This document shows positions 13,788 through 25,757 of a stretch of DNA of 64,000 bases, in pieces. This stretch comes from Antedon mediterranea. Lineage: Eukaryota; Animalia; Echinodermata. How positions within the stretch are numbered: position 1 is the first letter of the stretch; each line of letters begins with the position of its first letter. The position numbers and the translations under genes were made by a program. Below the pieces are notes generated by a model. That model was not told the origin of the DNA and did no database searches. It saw only the letters and a program-made list of their open reading frames with translations. The DNA lies in the NCBI RefSeq assembly GCF_964355755.1, contig NC_092675.1, positions 27,314,912-27,378,911 on the forward strand, given 5' to 3'.

Positions 13788-15732
13788 TTAAATAATGTTT
13801 CTTATGAGAATACCTGGTTATATATACCCTATGCAATGACATAAGGCATATATGCCTACCCTGTATGTAATAATTACAATTATTATAAATAATGAATTTT
13901 AACATTCGTTTTTGCTCATCACTGCATATTCAAATTAGTATGTATGCAACCATATTAAATTTAATAAGCTAATTTTAAGTAATTCTTATAATAATGTTTT
14001 ACTATTTTTTAGGTACATAGCGGCAACCCGAAGTGGCAAAAACATTTTAAACAGATTTGGACCAATACCTAGCAGCCTACCATCTATATACAGTAGGTAA
14101 GTTTATTTTATTGCTCAAGAACTAGTAAATTTTAAATTGTGTTTACCATGCTATTAATTTTCAATATTAACAATCAATCACTACCACTGGCTGGGTAGGC
14201 TAGGCCTATATTATAGGCCCTATTTTTATTTTAATATACTAGCTAGACCTGTGCTCTCTAACACTAGCAGCCTACAGAGAAGCAGCTTTCCAGCTTATTT
14301 AGCCTAGCCTAGAGCAATAGGCTAGGTATAAGTAGACTACCTAATTAGGTCTAGGCTCTACGCCTATATATTATTATTTAATTATTATTATTTTTAATAT
14401 ATTTACAGTATTTTATTTAAATAATGTTTATTATGAGAATACCTGGTTATATATACCCTATGCAATGACATAAGGCATATATGCCTACCCTGTATGTAAT
14501 AATTACAATTACAATATTATAAATAATGAATTTAAACATTCGTTTTTGCTCATCACTGCATATTCAAATTAGTATGTATGCAACCATATTAAATTTAATA
14601 AGCTAATTTTAATTAATTCTTATAGTAATGTTTTACTATTTTTTAGGTACATAGCGGCAACCCGAAGTGGAAAAATCATTTTAAACAGATTTTGACCAAT
14701 ACTATACCTATACCTATACCTACCATCTATATTATAGGTAAGTTTATTTTACTGTTCAAGAACTAGTAAATTTTAAATTGTGTTTACCATGCTATTAATT
14801 TTCAATATTAACAACCAATCACTACCACTGGCTGGGTAGGCTAGGCCTATATTATAGGCCCTATTTTTATTTTAATATACTAGCTAGACCTGTGCTCTCT
14901 TGCACTAGCAGCCTACAGAGAAGCAGATTTCCAGCTTATTTAGCCTAGCCTAGAGCAATAGGCTAGGTATTAGTAGGCTACCTAATTAGGCCTAGAGGCT
15001 CTATGCCTATATATTATTATTTAATTATTATTAATTTTTATTTTTAATATATTTACAGTATTTATTACAAATAATGTTTATTATGAGGATACCTGGTTAT
15101 ATATACCCTATGCAATGACATAAGGCATATATGCCTACCCTGTATGTAATAATTACAATTATTATAAATAATGAATTTTAACATTTGTTTTTGCTCATCA
15201 CTGCATATTCAAATTAGTATGTATGCAACCATAGTAAATTTAATAAGTTAATTTTAATTAATTCTTATTATAATGTTATACTATTACTATTACTATTTTT
15301 TAGGTACATATATAGCGGCAACCCAAAATGGCTAAAACATTTTAAACAGATTTGGACCAATACCTATACCTACCATCTATATAGGTAAGTTTATTTTACT
15401 GTTCAAGAACTAGTAAATTTTAAATTGTGTTTACCATGCTATGAATTTGTAACTTTAACAATCAATCACTAACACATGTACAGTACAGCAGTAGTACTAT
15501 CAATCAATAGTAATTAGTTAGTAATTGAAATATAGACATACTATAGTATTACTTTTACATATTCATTATCATTAGGCATTGTTAAAAGGAAATCAATACA
15601 ATGCAATATTCCTTTAACATTTAAAAATGTACAATATTTTATGATCATTAATGTTAATGAATCATTCTTTGTTGGCTTTCTTGCATTTGTTGGGTTTTAT
15701 TATTTCATTTTGTATCATTGGAGATGTGAAAA

Positions 15733-16619
15733 TCAGATGAGTCTAAGTTTGACTCTAATCCACACTGCTGTTTTGTGACGGTTGAGTTTGGCATGTATTA
15801 GCTCCCCGCCTTGCTCAGAGACCCCCTTCCATTCTCTCATGAATGCAATAGCATGGTGCTCAAGCATATGTAGCTTAGGCTGTATTACACCTGGTGCAAT
15901 ATGCCTGTATTCTGCTAAAAATACTTGTATGATATTTTTATGGAATTAAAAAATACTTAATTTACACATTAATACATTTTATAATTTCAGAAATTTTGTG
16001 ATGAAAAAGTCAATCTGTGGTGACTGTAGAATGGACCCAAGATCTGACTATCTTAGACATTTAAATAATAGAAAGTTCTGACAATTTTGTTGAATAGAAA
16101 TATACAATGTATGATGTAATCTTAATTGAAAATTGGCGCTTTTTAAACTATGTATATAAATTAGGATGAGAAAACAGTTATTTGATTATGAGGTATGTTC
16201 ATTTAATTAAATTTGTTAGTATAAACTTTCAAAAAGAGTGAAGATATAAAGACGAAAAGCAGATTATGGAGCAGCTGTACCAGACAAAAAACTGTTCCCT
16301 TAAACGCCAGTGTGTTCTTTCACTTGTGAATGTAGTTTTGGCCCAGGTCATAGTTGTTGTTGAAGTGTAGCATGCCAAGCAATTTGGTCCATGCCCTGTT
16401 AATTTAAATGTTAGCGTGGTAGTATACAGTATCCATTGAAAATTCGCGAATGGCAGGTTGTATAAATGTATATAGGTTGTAATTTTACATTTGTTAGATT
16501 TAGTGCAAATTTGTGATGGTTTTCATATTTTTTAAGTTGTATTTTTTATCCTTTTCTTTAAATTTTGTTCCACAACAGAAGCAAGCAGAACGTAAAGCCT
16601 TTTCGTGAAACTGTGTTGC
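15733..16619 (-). pseudogene. Chapaev-type (Transib/RAG1-related) transposase remnant, internally deleted
   Basis: Hand translation: the exon from 16619 gives ATQFHEKALRSACFCCGTKF ... (frameshift) QPIYIYTTCHSRIF, a Chapa/RAG1-N-like Zn finger. 15930-15733 gives IQVFLAEYRHIAPGVIQPKLHMLEHHAIAFMREWKGVSEQGGELIHAKLNR, the PKxHxLxxH...EQGxE catalytic-end motif. Stops and frameshifts are present. Confidence 0.7.
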
Positions 16620-19249
16620 CTACAAAAAAGAAAAGAAATTTTAATTTTACCAACCTTTAATGTTATATTATATTTATCATACAGTAGTTTGAGTATTTTT
16701 GTATAGGCTTTAATTTTAAGGGCCTAGCTAGGCCTGGTAGTTAGTAGTTTTACTAAATTTTTACATTTATGATGAATTATATTCAGTTGAAATAAATACA
16801 ATGATAATAATTAAGCTTATTATTTATTCTATTGTAAATTAAAATGATGTATAGTATGATTACACTACTTATACGTACCAACTAGGCCTAGCTACAACCT
16901 AGGCCTAGTTGCGTACAGCCTAGCGAGCGGTTATCAGCCGCGTTCATCGACCTCTCGCCAAATACGCTGTTTCGCATTTAACAAAACAGTCGAGTTTTTA
17001 AATGAAAATTTCTTGAGATTTTCACCGTCACCTCCTAACAATTCAATGTCTCATGTAAGCATATATAATCAAACTTTTACCTAGATTTTCCAAGTATTTA
17101 TGAAAATTACGAATAAAAACAAAAAGTGCACAATTTGACAAGCATTTTTTCAAACTTTCCATTGTTTACATTTGCTAGGCCGATCGATGTTAATTTTTAA
17201 AACTTCCGGGTGTAAATAATTTCGTAAACTTGTTGTTATGCTAAATTACTTACTATTTCCAAAAAATCGGTAATTAAGAATCTTATTTTCTAACAAATAG
17301 TATAAAAATGGTTTTATAATATTTATGAAGAAATTGATTAAATTAATTTAAAGTGTAGTTATAAAAGTTGCAAATGTCGCGAAAGTTAAACGAGATTCAA
17401 CCACTCGCGCGGCGTCACGCTCAGGCACATATCGCCGTCTGACAATATTGAGGGCGCTTGACTTTTTCTATTTATTTTACATTGGTTGAAACAGCTGTGT
17501 GCGAAGTTTATACCGTACGCCACGCCAACAACATCACATGGTACTGTTATCAATTACATTATGGGAAAGCCTTTAAAAGTTCTTGTCTCTAATTTAAGAT
17601 TTGATTATTATTAGGGATAACGATGTAAAATTAAAAGTTAATATTTTTCAAACAAATTATACATTGCCTGTTAGTATTTTGTATCAATATTATAATAAAG
17701 AAAGAATTATGAAAATATGACTTGTAGTTTTCGAAATATAGGGTTTAAAACATCGCCGAAAATGATCGTTTTTAGCCACGAACGATGTAAACAAATTGCG
17801 CCCTCAGTCGACAATTGTATGAACTAGTCATTTTTCGTAAAAATAATTATATAAAATCACGATTTTAAGTAACATATTTTATATATCAACATTGTAAAAT
17901 TCAATAAAATATGATATTACTTATTTATTATATAAAAAAGAGTGTTTATTTAACCTCGTTCGAAGAATTTCAATGCATTATATTCCTGTGTAATTGGACA
18001 GGCCTGACACCATGTGACTTCACGGCACTCGCGAGAAAATTATTCCGCTGTGTGTTGAATCGCGTCAACCAATCAAAGGGTGAGAATCCAAAATCGTTCA
18101 ACCGTGAGACTTGCGGAGCGGTCAAATGCGGAGGTTTGATTGGCTTGCGATGACATCATACCATAAAATTGCGTTTTTGTAGTTGAGCCCCTCGGAATTT
18201 TTCAAAAATTATTTAAAAAATGGACTAAACGGATATTTTTTATGGTATATGGGTTGTTACTATGAAATATTCGAATCATAAAGGCCTCATATCGGGATAA
18301 AATTGTTTTTTTAGCAGTTAAAATTAATATTTTTCTTAGTAACAAGCACATGGTATGTGGAACTATATTATCTTGGTGTAGGAATAAAAAACATTTTGAG
18401 GTCATAAGAGGCTCAACTACAAAAATAAGGTTGAAATGGTAGGTCATTGAGCCTTCCGAGGGTTTTGTAGTAAACAAAAGCTATACGCGCTAGGCGACAA
18501 CGATCTTTTAACCACTATATTCACATTTTTGGTTGAATGAAATGGAAATAAAAAATACTTGATCTTATAGAATAATAGGTAAATAAATATATACTCAAAA
18601 TGATATATTTATAATTAATTTATTTTCAGAACAATTACCTAATAAAAAGTGTTTACCAAAGTAAAAAAACACCGCGTCAATGACATGATGTTTAATCGTG
18701 GTAATGAAAATGGAGTCAGCTCTCGGTATCCCTATTATTATATGCCTAGTCTAGTTAGGCCTAATAAAGTCTGAACAGCATAATATAAAATTAACTAGGC
18801 TAGGCCTCGTGAATTAAGGCTACCATGTCAATACGTACCTCTAGCTATATCAGATCGACCTCATGCGCGCCTCATCCCCCGTGCGGTCTCATATATCTCA
18901 CTCAGCGTTGCCAGCGATAAAATTTAAATTATGCCGTATCATGTCTCAAATAATGCCAGATTGGGAAAAATAATGCCAGATCCCCAAAATTTGGCCCTAA
19001 ACAGCGCCACCAACGGTTGTATGTCTAATAAACGTTTGTAAAACCCCAACTGACACAAAATAGGGCCTAAATTGTATCCCTATGTCGTTCAAAAATTGTA
19101 TTTTTAGTTTTGTGAGTAATAACTAATACCGTAATTCTAAAAATATCTGGGGTGCGAAAATGGTAATTGCAAATGAAACAAACACGAACACCCCCACCCC
19201 AAAAAAAAAACTTGTTACAGCCATGGAAATTTAGAATTTTTGAGCTGAA

Positions 19250-20040
19250 ATATGAGAGCTGCTCGATCTTTGCACTTAATTTCAAATATGAAAGGATCTT
19301 AGCCCACTATAATTAGAAAATGGCAATTATAATTTAAAATAGGAAATAAAAATATATATTAAGTGTCTCCAGGACCTCAGCCCCACCATGGTTGATAAGA
19401 AAATTTTGAAAAAATGCTGATTTAAATGCCACTTAATTTAAAATATGAAATAAAAATATATTTATTAGTGTCTCCAGGATCTTAGCCCACCATAGTTCGA
19501 AAATGGCAATTATAATTGAAAATAGGAAATCAAAATATATATTAAGTGTCTCCAGGACCTCAGCCCCACCATGGTTGGGACTGGAGGTACAAAAATTTGG
19601 AAAAATAGAGCTGCTCAATGGCCGGAAATGGCACTTAATTTAAGATATGAAATAAAAATATATTTATTGGTACCTCCAGGATCTTAGCCCACCATAGTTC
19701 GAAAATGGCAATTATAATTTAAAATAGGAAATAAAAATATATATTAAGTGTCTCCAGGACCTCAGCTCCACCATGGCTGGTGCTGAGGTAAGAAAATTTG
19801 GAAAAATAGAGCTGCTCAATGGGCAGAAATGGCACTTAATTTCAAATATGAAATAAAAATATATTTATTAGTACCTCCAGGATCTTAGCCCATCATAGTT
19901 TTGAAAATGGCAATTATAATTTAAAATAGGAAATAAAAATATATATTAAGGGTCTCCATGACCTCAGCCCCACCATGGTTGGGGATGAGGTAAAAAAAAT
20001 GGAAAAATAGAGCTGCTCGATGGGCGGAAATGGCACTTAA
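19250..20040. repeat. ~200-bp tandem repeat (about 4 units) inside the hAT-like element
   Basis: AGGATCTTAGCCCA... recurs at ~19293, 19476, 19678 and 19879. Confidence 0.88.
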
Positions 20041-20569
20041 AGATGTATTGTCCCTTGAAACACAAAAAAATGAAGGTCAAAATATTCTAAATTTAAAGTG
20101 GCCATATCAAAGTAATATTAAAGTTATTCACTTTAAGTCGAAAATTTGAGCCAAAAACAACAAGTTTACGTAATTAACAGGTAAATTAGTTTGATTACAT
20201 TTCATCTGGAAAATCGTCACGAGCGAAAGTAAACAAAGATTTCAAACCATGAGTACGCATTATGCATATGCTAAATTAGGATTGTTTACAACTCGTCACG
20301 GTTAAGAAGGTATTTTCACACAGATCATGAGAAAGTTTTATGATTATGCATACAGAGTAGCCAAACAAGCGCGTTTCATTATGGGATATGTTTTGATTGA
20401 AAACTTTGACTGGAAGTCAAAGTTATTTTTTAAACAAAAAAACGTCTGTATTTCCGAAAAATGTTTGGTGATAGTTAATAACTATTATGATACTTCAAAA
20501 TGACCCACCCTTTTTCGAAATCTATTATTTTTTATTTTTTTTGGAATTAGTCAAAGGTACAATACATCT
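20041..20569. mobile_element. Kolobok-type MITE nested in the hAT-like element
   Basis: TTAA|AGATGTATTGTCCC ... GGTACAATACATCT|TTAA; a relative lies at 33959-34310. Confidence 0.85.
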
Positions 20570-22683
20570 TTAATATTAAATAAAAATTACCTCGCCCACA
20601 TGGTCACTACTGGGGCTGAGAGATGAAGAACATTTGGAAAAATAGGGTTGTTACGACGATGCAAATGGAACATAATTTGAAATATGGAAAACAAATTCTC
20701 CTAGAAGAAATTCTTTTTAAAATTAGAGCTTCTAATTAGTTACTGGAAATTGCCATTTCAAGGGTTGGGGTAGAGGTGCGGCCACTTATAATTATGAACT
20801 GAAACAACAAAACCCCTTTCATAATGTTTTCGTTCAATTGTCTCTATATCTGGGGATCCAATAACCTGCATGGTCTCTGAAATAGAGCAACATAATTGGC
20901 CAATAGCTAGCCTCTTCGGATTTGTTGTGCTGCCTATATCGCACACACGGTAGTTTTCGAGCAGCCTTCCTATCCGAAGAGTCTATTTAAGTCCGAAACA
21001 AAAGGATGGAAGAACTATTGTTGTACGGAAAACCCGAACAGATCTGTTTTGTACAATATGATATTGTGTAAGGTGATATGTATTAAATTGCAAGATTAAA
21101 CAAAATATTTTATTTTTGTTCTGTGGTATATTATTTTTTTGGTTGTTCAAAAAACACAAAATTATGCCAGATTATGCTAAAAACGGCTAAATAATGCCGC
21201 GGCATTATGCCAGATGCCGTGGGCCTCTAAATAATGCCAAAAAGCATAATAATGCCAGAAATGGCAACTATGATCTCACTCGCTGTGTACCCACGTGGGT
21301 AACCGACAGGCGGTCTTTGTTCATTCCCGCCCAGACCACGTTGCCCACACACTATTTTTAAACCGAGTACTATAACTGTCATTTTGAAACTAAATAACTT
21401 ATACTCACTGCAAAATAGCATCCACGGCGTCAAATAGACGATATTACCACAAGATCCCACGACTAAACTGCCAAAATACGCAATTTTTTTGAGAAAAATG
21501 TGTTGAATTTGTCAACAAATTTCAGGTCATACGCTATATTACATTCAAGAATCAAACCTCATGAATATGTATGAGATAAATCTGACCTTTCAAAAACTTT
21601 TATTTTTAAATTAAGAAATATGGAAAATTGACTGTTTTTTAATCGTAAAAAAATCATAAAATATTACCTGTTTGTAAATACTAATTTATAAACTGTATTT
21701 TAATCTAATACTTATGAGTTATGTATTTTTATAAAATATATATTATTTGTTTCCACAAACAGTCTAGTACACCTTTTTTGATTGGCTGAAAATCGTTGTA
21801 AATTTAAAAACATGCTTGAGATTTAAAATACAAATTGAGGGCGCTGCGCATTGTTGTGACGCACGCGCATGCGCGCTGTGTGAAATTCCGTACGCGAACA
21901 TACGTGGCGTGCCTACACATCATCATCAGTGAGGCGCCTTCTCCATATGAAAAATTCCGGTGAAAAATTTCTAGTATTTTATTTTAATAATGTAATTGAT
22001 GGAATATTATTGATTGTTTTTACTTTGTTTAAATTCATAAAGGGTTTCCCTGTAATTTTGTATTAATGTTTTAATTTTATTTTTTTTTTAAATAGCGTTG
22101 ACATGAATTTTTCAGTACAAGATACAAGATAACTTTATTTATTGTCAAATAATTCAAAGATTTCAAATTGGTAAGGACTAATAATAATCCAAGACTGATT
22201 GATATGTAGTCAAGCATAGAGATATTATAGTTCACTATAATATCTCTATAGCCCCTTTCTCACAGATGTGCCTGCAATATACCGGTACAGTGCTGGCGTC
22301 GTGCCGGTATCGTTACCGGCATATACCCATTCTCATCGGACTATCGTGCCGGAAATATAACCGGTATATACCGGCTTTCTGTGAGAAAGGAGTCGGGCAT
22401 ATTCGGCCAATAAAAAGTCTCTGACAAAATAATTATTGAGGGCGTCCTTTATTGTTATTATTTTTGTCTAGCGATGATATGGCGGCGAATGTTAAGTTAC
22501 AGATTATTATCTTCCTTTATAGCATATTTATGCAATACATGCTATGTACAGTATATTGTGCATATATTATACAGGTATAGCAATTAATTTGCCGTCATCG
22601 GCAATCTGTAAAACACCTTAGAAGGCTGTAGGCCTACAATTTACAAGGCGACGAAAGGTCAGGCACCAACAAACAAAGACTAA

Positions 22684-23082
22684 AGGCCCATTCACACTAG
22701 GACGATAACGATCGACGATAAATATATAAGCATGCATTTTTTTAACATAAAACAAAAGAAATTAGAAAGGGTTTCGTTCTAGGACTATATGATAATCATT
22801 TATGCTGTCTTTGATAAAATAATATTTTTAAAATTCCAATCAAATGACGTCATGATACATAAAAACAATAAAATCGTTGTATTGTCACGATATTATTGCT
22901 CTTACTAATCATGACGTCATTTGATTGGACGTGTGAAAATATAATTTTCATCAAAGGAAGCATAGATGGTTATTCTATAGTTCTAGAATGAAAAGGTTTT
23001 ACATTTCTTTTATTTTATGTATAAAAAATGCAAATTATTGTCTATTATCGTCGATCGTTATCGTGCTAGTGTGAATGGGCCT
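22684..23082. mobile_element. Fold-back Harbinger/Tourist-like MITE
   Basis: AGGCCCATTCACACTAG ... CTAGTGTGAATGGGCCT, TWA flanks (TAA/TTA); the whole element is an imperfect ~400-bp palindrome. Confidence 0.85.
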
Positions 23083-23169
23083 TTAGAGCTATGGCTGGCC
23101 TAGCCTAGCGGCCTATATAGATTATGCTACAAATTTCTTCTTGTCCCCTTATTTTAAGCAGCTCTCTTA

Positions 23170-23844
23170 AGCCTGTTTTCCTGTCGACGTTGAAATACGT
23201 TGAGTTGCGTTGAGTTTAAAATCGTTAAAGTTGAAAATAAAATAACGATGACGATGATCGAGTCGGACCGCTAATATTTACACATTTTTACGCGATCGTT
23301 TATAGTTTCTTGGTTCTCTCGAGCGTTGCTGGGACACGCGGACGTGAAGTGTTGCAAAACTAAAGCCGGCCACGCGCAGCCGGGACCGCGTGAAAATTGA
23401 AAAAGTTACGGGTTTTGATGCTTAAACCCAGCCTAGGACATACTTTCGTTGATATCTTAATCTAGGCTTACACTAAAGACAAACATTAAATCTAATTGGT
23501 TTAATATTATAATTTAATTTAACTTACACTTGTTTTTTTTAAATATCAGACCTTAAAAGTGTACAAAAAAGGTGAAAAACATCGTCGCGTTGTAAACATT
23601 CAAGAATTGTCAGCGCGTACCTATTTTTTCACAAACTGCAATGACGTAATTTGTGGACCATTTGATTGGTCAGTTTTAACGATCGTAACGATCGTAATCG
23701 TTAAAGTTGAATCAAGTTCAACTTTAACGATTTAAGATTTTAACGATTTTCAACGTTAATTTTTACCCCCTTTTCCTGTTAAATCGTTGAATATGTCAAC
23801 TCAACGCAACTCAACGTAACTTAACGTCGACAGGAAAACAGGCT
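23170..23844. mobile_element. Harbinger/Tourist-like MITE
   Basis: TTA|AGCCTGTTTTCCTGTCGACGTT ... AACGTCGACAGGAAAACAGGCT|TTA; a truncated copy lies at 37489-37770. Confidence 0.88.
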
Positions 23845-24335
23845 TTATCTCATTATCCCTCCAGTTCGACATTATTATTGTTAATTGAATTGAATAGGCG
23901 CCAAAGTGATACACTTGACTGCGCAAGGTGTCAAAGCCTCGACGGGGAACCCCGGAATATAACGGCAATACGTTCTCACAGAATGCCCGTCTGGCATTGC
24001 GGGGAATATCCCTAGAATATTACTAGGTCTAAAGCAGGTCATGTCGATGCCGGCATGGTGCCGGCATGATGCCAAGACGACCCGTTCTCACAGAAAACCA
24101 TACCGGCATGGTAATGGTATATTCCCGCAATATTCCTGGCACACAACTCTGTGAGAAAGGGGCTAGTCAAGGCAGCTGAACAGCATCATATTCATAAGGT
24201 GTTTTCCTTACAGTAAGTTATTTTAATGAAAATTTGGTATATTATAGTGATCTTTGTTATAAATAAGATGATGTGGACAACAAATAAAAAGACACAAATA
24301 CTAATATTAATAACTAAACAAATCTCTTAAGGTTT

Positions 24336-24410
24336 TGGGTAGCCCTGAAAAGGGCTGTTTGGTTTGGGTTTTTTTCCTTAATTTGGGTAGCCCTGAAAAG
24401 GGCTGTTTGG
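24336..24410 (-). terminator. Two tandem replication-dependent histone mRNA 3' stem-loops
   Basis: Minus-strand CCAAAC-AGCCCT-TTTC-AGGGCT-ACCCA, with hairpins at 24404-24389 and 24356-24341. Each is followed by a purine-rich HDE-like tract (AAGGAAAAA; AAGAGATT). Confidence 0.8.
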
Positions 24411-24432
24411 TTTGATTTGAGTCGTGTTTTCT

Positions 24433-24633
24433 TTAGTTTGCCTTTTTCGGCTTCGCTGCCATCATTTGTGGAGAGGTCTTTATCCAGTGGCTCTTCATAA
24501 CACTTTCCAAGATCTTCAGGTCATCTGGGATTCCTCTGACATCTCTTTTGATGGAGTTTAGTTGTGAGTGCATAGATGTATACAGAGCAATATGCGTCAA
24601 CCTTTGTATACCCGGAGAAGTACTATAAGCCAT
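24433..24633 (-). CDS. Hypothetical 66-aa ORF ending in an H1-like tail (AAKPKKAN) directly upstream of histone stem-loops
   Basis: Intronless ATG..TAA ORF; the stop is 28 nt before the first stem-loop; the N-terminal 56 aa are not a canonical histone. Confidence 0.35.
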   Translation of the reverse strand: MAYSTSPGIQRLTHIALYTSMHSQLNSIKRDVRGIPDDLKILESVMKSHWIKTSPQMMAAKPKKAN

Positions 24634-24982
24634 AACTTAGATTTTGTATTAGTCTTATGATCATTTGATTTTGAGTTCATAATTTACTAGGATTATATTA
24701 TTATATTATTATAAATTCATTTTGTAAAAAAAGCATGTTTTAATAAGATGTGCTTTCGGGCCACAGAAATGGTAAAATGCCATTTATACTCGGGGTACCC
24801 GAGTCTAGGACTCACTCATTTTCTCCTCCATCTGGACACTATTGAGTAAAAAGTGCGATTTATAAAGTACTACTCCTCCCTTATTCGTTGTAGTATTGAG
24901 CTGGGATTTGGCATGAATATACTACAGGGACATGTCCTCAAAGCTATAGAGCCGGATTTTTAAATTTCAAATCGGATGCGGC

Positions 24983-25026
24983 CAGAAGGTCCCCGGTTCG
25001 AGCCCGGGCGAAACCTTTTTTTTTTT
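24983..25026 (+). pseudogene. 3' half of tRNA-Val with oligo-T Pol III terminator
   Basis: CAGAAGGTCCCCGGTTCGAGCCCGGGCGAAACC followed by a T run; the 5' half is deleted. Confidence 0.7.
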
Positions 25027-25251
25027 AACTTTATGGTGAAAAGTACTGTATACGCAATATGATATACAGTATATCTTATTTTTATTATTTTTTTTAATAC
25101 TTATTTTGTGTAATCGGTAATTATCACTTTTACACATTTTTATTTTGCTTTTTGCTTATTACCATATTTATTTTAATTTAAATGGATTAAAAAACTTTGT
25201 GTAACCAGGGAAGAGCTCTTCCCTGGTGTAACCCACATTTTTGGTGTAAGA

Positions 25252-25330
25252 GGTTTCGTAGTGTACGGTAGTGGTTATCAAGTCTCTGCTTAACACGCAG
25301 AAGGTCCCCGATTCAAGCCCTGGCGAAACC
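25252..25330 (+). tRNA. tRNA-Val(AAC) pseudogene
   Basis: GGTTTCG acceptor stem pairs with CGAAACC; anticodon arm TCTGC-TTAACAC-GCAGA; 5-bp CGGTA insertion in the D arm and T-arm mismatches. Confidence 0.75.
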
Positions 25331-25757
25331 TATTTTTCTTAAAATTTATGGTGAAATATACTGTATGCGTAATATGATATAGAGTATATCTCGTTTTATT
25401 ACTCGGGGTACCTGAGTCTAGGACTCTCTCATCTTTTCCTCTTCTTCTTCCATCTGGACATTATTGAGCAAAAAGTGCGATTTATAAAGTACTCCCTTAT
25501 TCGTTGTAGTATTGAGCTGGGATTTGGCATGAATATACTACAGGGACATGTCCTCAAAGCTATAGAGCCGGATTTTAATTTCAAACCAGATGCAGCCATA
25601 TCACGTCTCGAAGATGGTACCGTATAGCCGTATTTGGTAGCGAGGTTATTGATTTGTATGTGACGTTACATCCGGTCTTATGACGTCATTACAGATCTCA
25701 CATTCGTGCTTGTTATTACATCGGTTAAAATGCTCATAAATGTATTCTTGTCCCAAC

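Larger units (their letters stand above)
10340..15470. repeat. Four-copy ~640-bp tandem repeat interrupted by two MITEs
   Basis: CAATCAATCACTACCACTGGCTGGGTAGG recurs at ~11883, 14171 and 14812 and partially at 15459. Copy 1 carries the Tc2 MITE and copy 2 the Kolobok MITE; the other copies show the empty sites. Confidence 0.9.
18903..21272. mobile_element. hAT-like non-autonomous element
   Basis: Termini CAGCGTTGCCA ... TGGCAACTATG, exact 8-bp TSD ATCTCACT (18895-18902 / 21273-21280), subterminal TAATGCCAGA/ATTATGCC repeats. Confidence 0.88.
22251..24163. mobile_element. TIR MITE (GCCCCTTTCTCACAGA) hosting two nested Harbinger MITEs
   Basis: TA|GCCCCTTTCTCACAGA ... TCTGTGAGAAAGGGGC|TA; internal TTCTCACAGA and CCGG repeats. 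Confidence 0.82.
24787..25757. mobile_element. Two partial copies of a non-autonomous element (HINE/Crypton-LRS-like architecture) interleaved with tRNA-Val copies
   Basis: TACTCGGGGTACCCGAGTCTAGGACTC...GGGATTTGGCATGAATATACTAC is repeated at 24787 and 25400 over ~190 bp. It has a short palindromic head and follows TTTATT. The family assignment is tentative. Confidence 0.5.

Noticed and set aside
15733-16619. A true RAG1/RAG2 (ProtoRAG) transposon
   Set aside because: The motif is SEQGGELIH (Chapaev-like), not SEGNESGNK; no kelch/PHD RAG2-like remnant or RSS-like TIR was found.
19250-20040. CRISPR-like appearance of regular repeats (also 29280-29545 and 61255-61600)
   Set aside because: Spacers are not unique, there are no cas genes and the context is eukaryotic: these are tandem repeats.
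24433-24633. Canonical histone gene
   Set aside because: No H1 globular domain or conserved core-histone sequence; only the last ~9 aa and the 3' signals are histone-like.
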